The position numbers and the translations under genes were made by a program. From the human T2T-CHM13v2.0 reference genome, Homo sapiens: a DNA stretch of 64,000 bases. A model generated the notes under the pieces. The model was not told the origin of the DNA. It saw nothing but the letters and a program-made list of their open reading frames with translations, and did not search any database. The stretch lies in assembly GCF_009914755.1 (NCBI RefSeq), contig NC_060940.1; one strand, given 5' to 3'. Below, piece after piece: positions 14,703 through 28,049 of this stretch; positions within the stretch are counted from its first letter, which is position 1; each line of letters starts with the position of its first letter.

Positions 14703-15045
14703 CTGTGCTGTTCAATGTGGTAGTCAATAGCCACATGTGGTAGTCAATAGCCACATGTGGTTATTAAATATATGAAATGTGACCAGTTCAAATCTAGACA
14801 TTCTTTTAGTATAAAATACTAAATTTCTAGATCTAAGTAATGTAGCTGAAATTGAAAAAATAATGTGAAATATCTCAATTTTATATTGATTTAATGTACA
14901 GTGTTTTAGGTATCTTTGTGAGTAAGTTATACTGTTAAATTAATTTTACTTCCTTTTAAACTTTTAATGTTGCTAATATAAAAATTAAAATTGCATATAT
15001 GGCTCAGGTTATTGTCTTGCATTTTATTTCTATTGGCCAGCACTG
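14703..15045 (-). mobile_element. MER33 (hAT-Charlie) with an internal 20-bp tandem duplication
   Basis: CTGTGCTGTTCAAT...AGCCACATGTGG...ATTTCTATTGGCCAGCACTG termini; TGTGGTAGTCAATAGCCACA is repeated twice. Confidence 0.8.
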
Positions 15046-17000
15046 CTGTAGAGTCTTATCAAGAGTTTGTGCTAGATCCCTGATCTGAATTTTGCTTGTC
15101 CACCTAATTTTTTGTATCTGTTAAATGAGATGTGATCAAAGGGATTCTCAACATTAAAAATTTTGAGATATAATCTCTTGTAATTTCTTTTATTATTTTA
15201 TAACTGGTTCAGACAGGGACTTCTTTTCATATTCAGTTACAAAAGTATACGGACCACCTTTAACTAAAATTGTGAACATTTCTTCAGGTAATTTTAATGT
15301 CAAAACTTACTCTCTAGCTCTACCTTTCATAATAACCTCTGGCAACCTGTGGCCTCACAGAGAGGGTCTCCTTCTTCCCGATCTCTTTTCCAACTGCCTG
15401 TTTTTGTTCTATTTCCTTTATCTGAGATATTCTTTTTCCTCTTTTGCCTATGAAAATCCTGGTACTCCTTCAAATACCAGCATGACCCATCTGTGGGAAC
15501 TGATCACTTACTCTTCTGACTCTACCTGTCTTGCCCCCAGCTTTATGCCTATCCCTTTAAAACAGAATTTTTCTCCTTACTTCAATAATCTAGTGTGATG
15601 TCCTATGTCTATCCCTGCACTAATGAGTTCTGTGACTACTAAGACCATAAACCTTTCTGCTTGCCTCATCTTTAGTGCTTAACTTAGTTTTTACACATGG
15701 TGGCTGCTCAGGGCTTGTTTGCAGAATACGTTCCCATTTTTGTATGCATGGGAATGTATTTGTTAATTTATAAAAGCAATATGTGAAGATGTGATGTATT
15801 CTTGGGTTTTATTTAAAATGCTGCTTTGGAGCTGGAGTTGCCTCATTAGCAATTCACTAGGGTAATAATTGCATGTGACACCACAAATGTATTGTGTCCT
15901 ATTTTCTAAATCCATGGGTGGAAATAAAAACAAGGGTTGGATCTTAAACAAACACAAAATAGAGAGATATTTCCTTCCTGTGTTTTAACTCCTAGTCTGA
16001 CAAGGTAAATTGTAATGTTCCTACCTTGGAAAAATGTTTTCCCTATTTATTTTGAGAATTCGCCATAAGTAATATTACCCTGCAGCTTAAAATTTTAGCC
16101 TTAATTTGACTGAAGAAAAAGTCTTCCTTTAAGCTAGCATTAGTATCTTCGCTTTTAATATTATAAGCTAAACATAGTCTTTTTAGAATAAGCATTGATA
16201 AGAAATGGAGGTTGCACATCTAAATGGAGTGATGTAAATAACAGAAGATAAAAGTAGCTGTTTTCCATGTTTTCCTGGTATTCTTCTTCCAGTTGAGAAT
16301 TATCCTGTGTGATTCCCCCTATCCACAAGCCCTAAATCTAATATAGGCCCACAAGAAATATTTAATTTCACTTAAGTAGTTGCCTATTGCAAGCACAGAA
16401 TATACCCATTTGGTGCTTCATGAAGGCCAAAAGCATGAAAATATAACCAAGAAGAAGTCCAAAATCACTCGAGCAAGCTAGACTCCCATCTCAACCCTCT
16501 CAGCATCCAATTTACGGTCAGACAACATGAAACCACAGAAAAGTTGAGTAATTAACCATTCCAAACCATTCAATATATATTTGATGAAACTTTTCTGGAA
16601 AAGTAAAGTGTTTTTCCAATGTTAACTCATACTTAGCCAGAGTTTAATTATCAACAATTTATCTGGACACCGTTCCAAGTCCTTTTCAACCACCATACAA
16701 TGTGAGGAGCCCTCTGTGAGGGGCCCTCTATCCTTTCATATTCCATTTATTCTCTTTTTCCAGTTCACTTCTAACTCCAGAATTCCCCTTGCACACTGCA
16801 GACACCGTTCAAAAGTAGGTCAGTAGTTTCTTGTTAAGTAACACCTTCCTATCTTCAAACAGAAATAACATAAGCCTAAATGAAAAGGCCCTATAATGAC
16901 CTTTTCAAAAGCCAAGAGGAGAAGGATTGGTCTGAAGGACCCTTGGACATAGCTAAGTTCTTCAATCAATTTTTTAATTTATTAAAATAGTTAAATATCA

Positions 17001-17328
<328 letters not shown>

Positions 17329-17448
17329 CTAAACAGTGATATTAATTAAAGGAACTTCTATAGTCTTTGTTACACTAATTAATGTAAATTGTGAAAATCC
17401 ATGTTGGGGATATTGTTTGCTACTTTTTCAACTTTGACTAAAAATCTC

Positions 17449-17741
17449 TTTTTTGTTTTTTTTGAGATAGAGTCTTACTCTGTCGCCTAGGCTGGAATGC
17501 AATGGCTTGATATCAGTTCACCTCACCTCAATCTCTGACTCCCAGGTTCAAGTGATTCTTCTGCCTCAGCCTCCCCGGTAGCTGGGATTATAGGTGGCTG
17601 CCACCACGCCCAGCTAATGTTTGTATTTTTAGTAGAGAGGGGGTTTCACCATATTTGTCAGGCTGGTCTCGAACCCCTGACCTCAGGTGATCCACCTGCC
17701 TTGGCCTCCCAAAGTGCTGGAATTACAGGCATGAGCCACCA
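17449..17741 (-). mobile_element. AluSx-like
   Basis: Antisense dimer ending ...GAGCCACCA; TAAAA(A)TCTCTTT-like TSD. Confidence 0.92.
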
Positions 17742-18133
17742 TAAAACTCTTTACACACACACGAATACATGCACACACGTGTGCACACATGCACAAGCAC
17801 CACATTTACAAATATCAAACAGCTAGTGCCAGTGCTCCATGGAATATATTTGGGAAACGCAGCTTTATAGAAAAAAAAAGGGGGTGGGGATGCTTTGTTT
17901 TGGGTCACATGATAGCGACTGTCTAATAAGGGAGATTAAATTATTCCAAGAACATAAAATCAAAGATTAAATATTATTAAAGAGCTATGGGCATGTATGG
18001 ATCTTCAGAAATTTGAAGTGTTTCTGCAATTAATATGAGAGACAGACGTGAGCAAAAAGTCACGGAGAGTTTGGAAAATAAGAGACAGAACGGGATGTAT
18101 TATGAACATAGCCAGAAGTTTGGTTCTTAACAG

Positions 18134-18397
18134 CAATGGTTCTCAAACAGAGATGAGTGATCTCCCCACTCTCTCTTCCCAAAGGCATGTGGTAACACCT
18201 GGTGACATGATGTGGTTGTCTCACTGGTGTGAGAGCGAGCATGTTATTGGCATCTAGTGGTTTGATGCTAGGGATGCTGCCAACCATCCCCAGCACTTGT
18301 AGTGCAAAGGCTAGCCCCACCATCATCACCACTGTCACCACTGTGGAGGCTTACCTCTCTTGATATGCCAATAGTGGCACTGTTGAGAAGGCTCACT
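18134..18397 (+). mobile_element. MER20 hAT-Charlie element
   Basis: CAATGGTTCTCAA...TGGCATCTAGTGG...AGGGATGCTGC...AATAGTG...GTTGAGAA. Confidence 0.75.
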
Positions 18398-18847
18398 CTA
18401 TAGCCTTCTATGTGTAAGGGCATGACAGTCTTGGGATCATGGTTAAGGTTATATGGAGGATTTAGAATTTTAGGAAAAATAATGCATATTTTTCAGTTGT
18501 CAAAAGACAATCAGGATTTTTTTTTTCCCTAGGCAAGATACTGGTCGTTAAACTTGAATTGACAAATTTATAAATACATAGGTGGATGCAGGGGTAGGAT
18601 GAAAAGAGGGAAAAGTAAAGACGAGGCTAAAGTGAGAGGTGGTGAGGCAGTTATATGTATGAAAAAATAAGAGGCTCAGATAGTCTTATTACTACTATCA
18701 TGAGCAATATTTGGGCATATGGCCTCCTAGAATTTTTTAAATAATTTATGACACTGTATCACTGTATATTATATTATAGTGCATATCATGAGTTTATTAG
18801 GCAGGGGACCCTACTATGTGCTATTTTGTAAGTCTACAATTAAATAC

Positions 18848-19030
18848 TGTTTCAATCTATAAAAATCATATATATACATATATACATATATACATATACA
18901 TATATGCACACATATATATAAGATTTTTCTAGATTAAAACATGTTTTATATATATATTTTTATACCAACATATATATAAAACATATATATAACATATTTA
19001 TATATATAAAACATATATATATATATGTAT
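18848..19030. repeat. (TA)n-rich region containing a 29-bp-arm quasi-palindrome
   Basis: 18848-18876 is the reverse complement of 18913-18941 with 3 mismatches. Confidence 0.85.
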
Positions 19031-19083
19031 ATTCCAGATCAAGTGATGCCACTCAGTAGAAGGAGGACAACAGAGACCTACAT

Positions 19084-19198
19084 AGTTTCTTTGAATCTCT
19101 GCAGTTTCTCATTTTCTAACTCTTAACTCCTTGAAGACATCAGTTTCTTTGAATCTCTGTAGTTTCTCATTTTCTAACTCTTAACTCCTTGGAAGACA
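19084..19198. repeat. Tandem duplication, 58-bp unit x2
   Basis: AGTTTCTTTGAATCTCTG(C/T)AGTTTCTCATTTTCTAACTCTTAACTCCTTG is repeated at 19084 and 19142. Confidence 0.95.
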
Positions 19199-20347
19199 CC
19201 TTGTGTCTTTGATTTGGCCAGAAGAACTGCATGTTAGTATCCTGGCCACTAGATGGCAATAGCAAGACAGTGTTTGATGATAGCAGGTTCTTGGTGTCTA
19301 GGTTTAAAAAAAAATACTTTTTTTTTTGTTTGGTAATTCAATTTGTGTCTGTCTATCAGAAAAGGATAAGGAGATTTCAGAGGCAGACGGCAAGGGGAAA
19401 GAGCAAAGAGCATTAGTGGTACAATTTCTTTATAAGAAACAAGAAATAGAGCTTCTTTTTTGTACACCACAAACCTGCCCTTTCTCCAAGTGAAAACATT
19501 TCACACAATTGCAGCCCTACATTTAATAGCTGTGCATCCCTTAGCAAAGGCAGGTCCTTACAGGGCAATCACCATCACTCTCCTTTCCCACATACAAATA
19601 CTTGAAAGTGGTGTCTGTTTTGTTTTACATTTACTGGTAAGGATAATCCCATTTTAGTTCACAATTTTATCCGCTAAAGACATTTCTCTGCTGTCAACCA
19701 ATAAACATTTTTCATTCATCTACAGTAATGTGCCAGTAGTGGTATGTTGGCCAGCCTAGGAATCAGCATGGAGATCAGAACTCTATTTTTTATTTGAGCC
19801 ATGCAATATATCGAACATTTCATAAATGGCTTGTCTTTGTCCATGTTTTAGCCAAGCATGCTACCACCTTCATTTAACCACCTAAAGGGAATCCAAACAT
19901 TTCTGCTCTCTGTTCTTATTTTCCCCAAATTTGCTAACAGATTGTGCTACTGTTAGCTAAAGTTATCAAAATATCTGATAAACGGAGTGGCATGTGGTAC
20001 AGTGTAAAATTTTTTTATGGAATGGATGGGTGGATGGGAAGAGAAGCAATAGTTACGGTGAGGTGACCAAGAATAATAAAAGATTGAAGAAATTTTTAAA
20101 AATGTTTAATTACCATTCAAATGTACTTCTAAGTTCATTGTTGGTATAAAAAGATTCTATTTCTTCATTTTTAAAATGAGTGAGAATCTGGGTATTTATG
20201 TAGATATAATATTGTCTCCCCAAAACATTCTGTTCTCAGGATGGATGACTTTTGGGAGATTAGAGTATGTTTTTAATGTGTATTAAGGAGACATTTTAAA
20301 TGTTCTGTTTTGAAGGAGAATAGCTTATTTCACTGATACCCTTGGTT

Positions 20348-20479
20348 GTTTTCCTTTTCTTTCTTTTTTTCTTTTCTTTCCTGTCTTTTATTTTTTCTCT
20401 TCCTTCCTTCTTTTCTTCTTTCCTTCTCTCTCTCTCTCTCTTCCTCATTCTGTCTGTCTGTCTCTTTTCCTCCTTTTTT
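20348..20479. repeat. Polypyrimidine (CT/TTC/TTCC) low-complexity tract
   Basis: Nearly pure pyrimidine strand; explains the spurious ORFs at 20296-20548. Confidence 0.85.
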
Positions 20480-22955
20480 AAAAAAGTATCTATAAAACCA
20501 CTTTTCTTTGTGAGGTGCTTGTGATAGAGGGACATTGCTGTTACTCATATTAAACTTGCTTTAAAATTTCATGGTATCAAAAACTAGGATGTGTGGTGAC
20601 TCTTCAAAAAGGTAATATTTAGGTTGAGACTTGGAGAATGACTCTGAACATTCAGAGGTGGGGTGGGTGGAGGGATCATGGTGGGGATGGGGGAGATGGT
20701 GTGGCTGTTCAGGACTACGGGACAATATAGGCAGTCTTTAAATATATATGGAACTTTGTTTCTTCCACAAAATGAAATAGGATTAAGTGTTTGAAGCCCA
20801 AGAGGAAAGGAGAAAAGAATACATGTTGAATTTGGATAAGCACATCACATAAGATCATACATTTTAACAACAGAGGAGACTGTTGGATCTTAAAATATAT
20901 GTATATTTTTATGTATATGTATATTATAGATTGCCTCCTGTTCTTCACTGAGAATCTATGAGAATACTAAAGGCCAATTAAAGGGTAATCGATACATTAC
21001 TCATAAACACTAAAATAGAAAAATAAGGAAAACAAAATCTTCTCTAAATAATAATGTTAACACACAAATTTAAAATTACAGTGGGTATAAAACCTGTTAC
21101 ATATTTAAATCACATGATGGTTTAAAAACATATCATGTTAAGCTGTCTTAAATATGCAGATTTAATATTGTGTATCTCTAGTGCTTCTAAGTTATTCGTG
21201 TTTGTTTTCAGATGATTATAATGTGCAATTAAGATTGAGAAACATGGTACCAAGGAGGAGGCATATACATTGCTAACTGTGGGACTAGTCCCTTTTTAAA
21301 AATTAGTTCAGCCTGTGTATCTTTGTGACGCAAATTTACTTAAATAAGTTCAATATTTAGAGGAACTGGCAGGCCTCTAGTTCATCCTGTGGGAAGCTTG
21401 AAAGGAAATATAGCTATGAGGTCACATGATAAGACACCATGATAAGTGGGACCTGCCACTAGCTTCCCCTTGTCCACCTTTCTTTCTGCAATGTGAGAGA
21501 ACATTAGTCCCATAGACACAGGCAAACTTGCAGACTATCTGAGCAGAATTCACACTGCAGACCTGCTTCCAAGGGAGTAAACAGGAAAGGATTTGGGAAG
21601 TTTGATTTTTTTCTTGCAGAGTTGGGGTTGAGGGAAAGGTGAGGCTTTGGGGTGAGGATACATATTTTTGTTTTCAAATATATTTCATATGTTAATTGTT
21701 TGCCTGTATATGAGAGAGGTAGCCATGAAGTCTGGACAGGTAACAAAGTGAAAGCAAAGAAGAGAGAGAAAAGAAAGGTAAAATAAAACAATACAACACA
21801 GACAAAAAGGAAAGAAAAGCCGCAGACAGTGCAAAAATAGTTAATGTTATAAACGAATTAGCCTTAGCCACAAAGAGGCAAGTCTGATCATCTTACATTG
21901 ATGAAGCTGACTAGGGTTCCTCATGTACAAAAGTTAATCAGTAATGTATCCTCTGAAAAGCTTTAGGAATGTGACTGTGATGTGTATGTACATGGCACAC
22001 CCTTCTGTGTAGCAGATCACATTGTCCTTCCCTTTAACACATCCACATACGGGCATAAAGCCATGTCTTGGCCATTTCTCACTTCGAGATATGGTGATTT
22101 ATTGGGGTCCCTGTTTTAGTAAGGACAGATATCCATGGCACCTCCTTCTCATTCAGGACCTATTTTATTGAATGTCTGCAATTATGAGATTGCAGAATAT
22201 TGCCACCTGCTAGAGACTTGACTTTCATATTCGACCTTCAAATCCTCCTTGTAATTCTTCAAATCCAACTGTAGAGCAACTTGCATAGACCTGACTAGTC
22301 TAGTGGGCTACTTTTAGGAACTCTGGAGAAATAAAGAAGTAAGGTGAGTGGATACCCCATGCCCTATTTTGTATGGGGTTCCTCATAAAAGAGGGAGCCA
22401 CCAAACCTGGGAACTAAGTTTGGAGGAGTCACCCTCCTGAGGCCCTGAAGGGTGACCTGTATCCCAGCTGAGAGCAGCAGGAAAGACCAAGACACAAGGG
22501 GATGCCCTGGTCAGCTTGTAGATTTAGAAATGAAGACAAAATTCTCTGCTCCCTCCTTCAGGTTAAAGCATAGATTCTCAAAGTATGGGATATTTATCAC
22601 TGGTAATTTTCAATTTTAAAATACCAGAGATTTTTAGAAAAGCATTTTCTTGTACTCACCTATCCATTTATTTCAAGAAGAATGTCTTGGTGTTATGTGG
22701 CTATTTTTTACCATTTCCCTAATATGTACTAATTCATAAATTTGACAAAGAAATTGGCTTCAGGCTCAAAATCTCAAACAGTAGTATTTAGCCAATCTTT
22801 AATAATATTGTCTTGGTTAGTTTATATTTCAGATTTTATAGCAAGGGTTGATTGTTTATAGTTTATAGTAGTCACATAAATTTTATTTGAAAATAAATTT
22901 ATTTAGGTTAAATATTAGCCAAAGGGAGGAACACATTAAATAATTAGCACCTTAT

Positions 22956-23288
22956 GGCTGGCACAATGGCTCATGCCTGTAATCCCAGCACTTTGGGAGG
23001 CCAAGGAGGGCAGATTGCTTGAGCTCAGGAGTTTGAGACCTGCCTGGGCAAGCTGGTGAAACCCTATCTCTTAAAAAAAAAAAGAAGAAAAGAAAAAAAA
23101 AAGGAAAAATTAGCCAGGCATGGTGGCTCACACCTGTAGTCCCAGCTACCCTGGAGGCTGACGAGGTGGGAGGATTGATGGAACCAGGCAGTCAGAGGTT
23201 GCAGTGAGCCGAGATCGTGTCACCGCATTCCAGCCTGGGCAAAAGAGTGAGACCTTGTTTCAAAATAAATAAATAAAATAATAATAAT
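22956..23288 (+). mobile_element. AluJ (Jb-like) with expanded middle A-rich linker
   Basis: GATTGCTTGAGCTCAGGAG J-type diagnostic; long A/G linker at 23073-23109; AAT(A/G)ATTAGCA flanks. Confidence 0.9.
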
Positions 23289-23364
23289 GATTAGCAGTAC
23301 AGAGAGCTCATGCATACGGGGAGGTTTATGAACAACTGAATCCTGATTATGATGCGAGGTCAGA

Positions 23365-23541
23365 GCAGTTGTTTTCTGTCCTGAACTGGCATCAGAATCA
23401 CCTTAGGAATTTTAAATATACAGAAGCTAGGATCCCATCCTAGACCAATTAAATTAGAATCTCTAAGGAGTGGAGCCTGGACATTGATTTTTGTAAAGTT
23501 CGCCAAGTCATTTTACTGCGCAGCCAGTTTAGAGAACCACT
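23365..23541 (+). mobile_element. MER5A
   Basis: GGCATCAGAATCACCT...AATTAGAATCTCT...CAGCCAGTTTAGAGAACCACTG. Confidence 0.75.
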
Positions 23542-23784
23542 GTGTTGGAGAATGCTGATTAAAAAAAATAATAATAATAAAAAGTAGATGTTTTCACTCC
23601 AGCACACACTCAAACACAGAGATTTGTGGCTACAAATAAATAGGCACAATGACATAGCCATATAAACACTTTACTTAAAATTTAAAAGGCTTTCTTTTTA
23701 ACAGAATAACAAATTGTAATTGAAAATAGACTACCCTCCCTTGCTCTGCAGATTCAAATGCCTGGGCGTCTAAGCACATTCTAC

Positions 23785-23936
23785 TGGGACCAAGCTCAGG
23801 TTCAGCCATTAGCTTAATTTGTCACCTTGCACAAGCCACTTGACTTCTCTGGGCACCAATTTCCATTTTTACAAAATAAAGGGAGAGAGGATGTTTGACG
23901 TGGATAATCCCTAAAGACCCTTCCAGCTATAAATCT
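23785..23936 (+). mobile_element. MIR/MIR3 remnant
   Basis: GTCACCTTGCACAAGCCACTTGACTTCTCTGGGC...CCCTTCCAGCT. Confidence 0.65.
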
Positions 23937-24559
23937 GTACAGTTTTTTATTTCAAATGGAAATGACTAGACAGTAAGCGTTTCCTGTTTGGTTTAGCATT
24001 AATGATAATTAAAAATAGAATCATAGATGTGGTACATGAGGTTTTACTGTCTTTTTTTTTTTCTGTACTGTAGATAGATTTTGAAAACTAATTCTTCTTT
24101 CCCTGGGCTGACAGTTCAGCCAGCAAGCAACCTTTTAAAAGCCTTACTCAGAGCAAGGAAACCAACTTGAGTATGCACAGAGAAGACATGGTTGACCTAG
24201 TAATGAGGACTGTGTAAAATTGCATCGGTTTTCTTTTTTGACCTCCCTTTCCATTTAACCATTTGTCAATACTGGAGAAAGAAAGCTGTAGAATGTAATT
24301 TTTCAGCAACTGGAAAAAAATACCACTTGTCCAGGAGAAGGAAGTTGGAATACGATTTTGACGTGGAATCAGAGCTTCATACAGAGTGACTTTTCTCGAG
24401 TCTTATGTTGAATATAAATCCATGCACTCAAATGAGTCTTTTGCATTCAAGTTTCCCTGAATTTTTGACTGACCTTACTCACCTTTGGCCTCCACATGTA
24501 TCCTAGAATCCCTTCTTTTTCTTTTCTTTTTTTTTTTTTTTTTTTTTTTTTGTTGCTAT

Positions 24560-24830
24560 TTTCTAATCCAAATGTCTTTCAAGACAGTTTAGGGGCCACT
24601 TCTGTAAAGTATCCCATAATTATTTCAATAAAATCTTTACCCGTTGACAAGGTTAGCTGTGTACCACACACCTATCAATACCCTAGTACCTATATCATCA
24701 TCTCACAATTAGTTTATTTGTCTCACTTGTGAGAATGTTAGTTCTTCAAGGTCATGGGAATGTCCTTACTCATTTTTATCTCTCCAGGAGCTGACACCAT
24801 GCCTGACACACAGCACAGTTTTGGAAAATG
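24560..24830. mobile_element. L2 3'-end remnant
   Basis: GAATGTTAGTTCTTCAAGG...ATCTCTCCAG...CCATGCCTGACACACAG. Confidence 0.55.
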
Positions 24831-26149
24831 GTAAAAGACACTGATTCCTCAAAGATAAAAATGTTCCCAAACATTATGGACTCAAAAATTGTTATTTCTA
24901 CTATGGAAATAATATGTCTATCAGACAATCCACTTGTAATTTTTTTCTCAAATAATCCATACTCAATTCCAGAAGGTGGGATTGGCTACAATGTGTCACA
25001 TTATGAGCCAGCACTGATCGATTGGTTATGCCTGGCTAAAGTACTGGGTTGATAAGAATTTTGAAAGTATATTTGCAGTGGCTAAGAGTGTCTTGATTCT
25101 TAGCAATATCCAACATGGGTACTGGTACGAAGATTGTCAGTAAACAGATTTTGTGCTCATTAAACCTAACTAGTTACTGGAATAGAAACAGGATTTAGTT
25201 AGCTGAGGTGTGCAGATAGCAGCTAAGCAAGCCTTTTAGAAGTAGGCCAGCAACAGAGAAAACAACCCAAAAGTATGAGTTAACATGTGGGCCTACTGTG
25301 AGTTATATATAACAATGGTCTCCTATTTGAACCAATTTTTCTCAAATGAATTTCACCATTGTGTGTGTATGTGTTCCAGTTGCGACGGTGAGAAGATGAG
25401 GCAAAGTATTTACGCTCTAGAGAGATGAATTGCTTGCAGTATGATATGACCTTTTGGAAAACTAATATGATATTTTGATGTAAACACTGATGTCAGCCAA
25501 AGCCCCCTTTTCCACTTAAGGGTCAGTGAACTTTAGATTAAGATTCCCTGTGATATGATAATTATCTCTTTATTTATCTGTCTCTTCTTTTGGAATAGGA
25601 GCTGTTCAAGATCAGAAATGATAAATCATATTCATCTTTGTTTCTCTAGCATACACAGAGATTCTATAATGTGTGTGTTTGTGTGTGAATGTATGTATAA
25701 ATTTAGGCAGGTATGTAAAGATTTCCTGAATTCATGAAAGTGAATATAAAATATTATTTATATCTCTAACATCCAGAAGTCTCCCTTTTACATATTTACT
25801 TCTAGATAGGACTTAAAAGATAAATGTCTTTCTGAGTTTTGGAGATAAACTTTTCAATTTGAACCAGAACTTCTAATTTTACATAATTTTTTTTCAGTTG
25901 CTATATTGACCTACTTTAGATTAAAAAAACAACATGCAGGGCAGAAAATTCTGGTTTGGCTGCATCTAAGAATGGAAACTGCAGAAAGTGCAGAAACTGT
26001 TGCAAATACTCGTTTTTAAAAATGTGTCACTGAAAAGCAGAAATGAAATAAATACTATGCTTCACATCCCCAATACAGTCATAAACACATTATAGATAGC
26101 ACATTAGGTGATAGATAGGTTGATAGTTTCATACACAGATTTTAAAAAG

Positions 26150-27100
26150 CAGACATTTCTGCCCTCCTACTCAGAGTGTCCCCATCTTTGCCCTATCAAA
26201 TGAACATGGAAAGGTTCACTAATACCAAGTATGCAGTTCAAATACTGCTCACACTGACTGCAAACACCCTAATACCTAGCATCCAGACCAAGAAAGGGAA
26301 CACTACAGACAATTCCTTCTGTGCACTAACCTTCAACAGTGACCACTATCCTGAATTCTAGCACTATACGACGATTTTTGCCTCTTTTTGTATTTCATAT
26401 ATGTGAAGTTGTATAGCACTTCTTCATTTGCACCTGAAGCCTTTCATTCAGGATTATATTTTTGAGGTTCATTCATATAAGCCCTTCTATGAGTAAAGGA
26501 TTTATTACCCCTGCTGCTGGGAGTGTTACCAGGAGACAGCCCTCAGCTGTCAGCTCCCTTCTGAAATTGATTCAGTTGAGTAATACAACCTCACCTAAGG
26601 TCTTGGCCACTCTTCAGGGTGGCCAGCATCATGACTGATGAACTTAGAGTAGACAAAATCAGCCCTCTTGCCCCATTTCCAGAAACCTCCAACAGCCATA
26701 TGCTCTTCAAAACTCTTTGCAGTGTTGATAGAATAATCTGTTGGGACTGCCTCAACTAAGTGGGCTTCCTTTTCTGTCCAATCCTGCTTCTTCCCTTACT
26801 TTACTCAAGTACCAATCCAAGCAGTACCTTTAACACCAATCCATTAAAATGCAGTTGGGTTTCTTTCATCGTCCTTGCCGTATAGTATTCCACTGTGCAC
26901 ATAAAATGTGATTTTTGCGTACATTCTACTGTTGATGATTATATATGAGTAGTTTCCAATTTTGATAATTATAAATAGTGCTACTATGAACACTCTAGTA
27001 TATCTGTTTTGGTAAACATATGTATGAGCTTGCATTGAGTGCTTATGTAAGAGTGGGATTGCTGGGCTTTTGAATTTGTATATTTCCAGTTATTGAATAT
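26150..27100 (-). mobile_element. Old L1M 3' region, interrupted by LTR16
   Basis: TATAGTATTCCACTGTG...ACATTCTACTGTTGATG...ATAAATAGTGCTACTATGAACA...GTGGGATTGCTGGG. Confidence 0.7.
26488..26840 (+). mobile_element. LTR16 (ERVL) LTR remnant
   Basis: GCTGCTGGGAGTGTT...CTCAGCTG...CACCTAAGGTC...CCAATCCTGCTTC are LTR16-family motifs. Confidence 0.65.
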
Positions 27101-27250
27101 GTTTACGTTCTTGTTTAGTACTGAGACTATTATTTTAAATGAGTCTTTTTCTTACCAAGAGGAATGAGGGAGATATATTATTCAACTGGGAATGGGTTAT
27201 TTCAGGTTGAAATATAAATATATGATTATAATATTATCTGTGTAATACAT

Positions 27251-27309
27251 AATATTATCTGTGGTCCCCTAAGGAAGCCTTTCTTTCCTAGGGGACCACA
27301 GAGAATATT
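27251..27309. other. Near-perfect 59-nt fold-back hairpin
   Basis: AATATTATCTGTGGTCCCCTA...TAGGGGACCACAGAGAATATT: 21-bp outer stem with 1 mismatch, plus an imperfect inner AGGAAG/CTTTCC stem and a small loop. Confidence 0.9.
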
Positions 27310-27383
27310 CAGAGAGTGAGGTGGAGAAGAAAGAATGGTCTTTACTTTGGGGATAAGAGTAAGTAGCTGCTCAGGGAGAATGA

Positions 27384-27848
<465 letters not shown>

Positions 27849-28049
27849 TGAAAATATACTTCTGCAGTTGAAAAGCTCAATTCTGTGTAGAAAGTTAAAC
27901 TGATATTGTTTTACCTTGGACCACACTCAGAAGAAAAAAAAAAAAAACTGTTCCTATGATTAACATATTATCTATCTGGTTCAGTTTCCTAAGGATTAAC
28001 TGATAAAGACTAGTTCATAAAATTGCTACAATTACTTTTTAAGATTTTA

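Noticed and set aside
16701-16729. 14-bp tandem TGTGAGG(A/G)GCCCTC x2
   Set aside because: An ordinary small slippage duplication.
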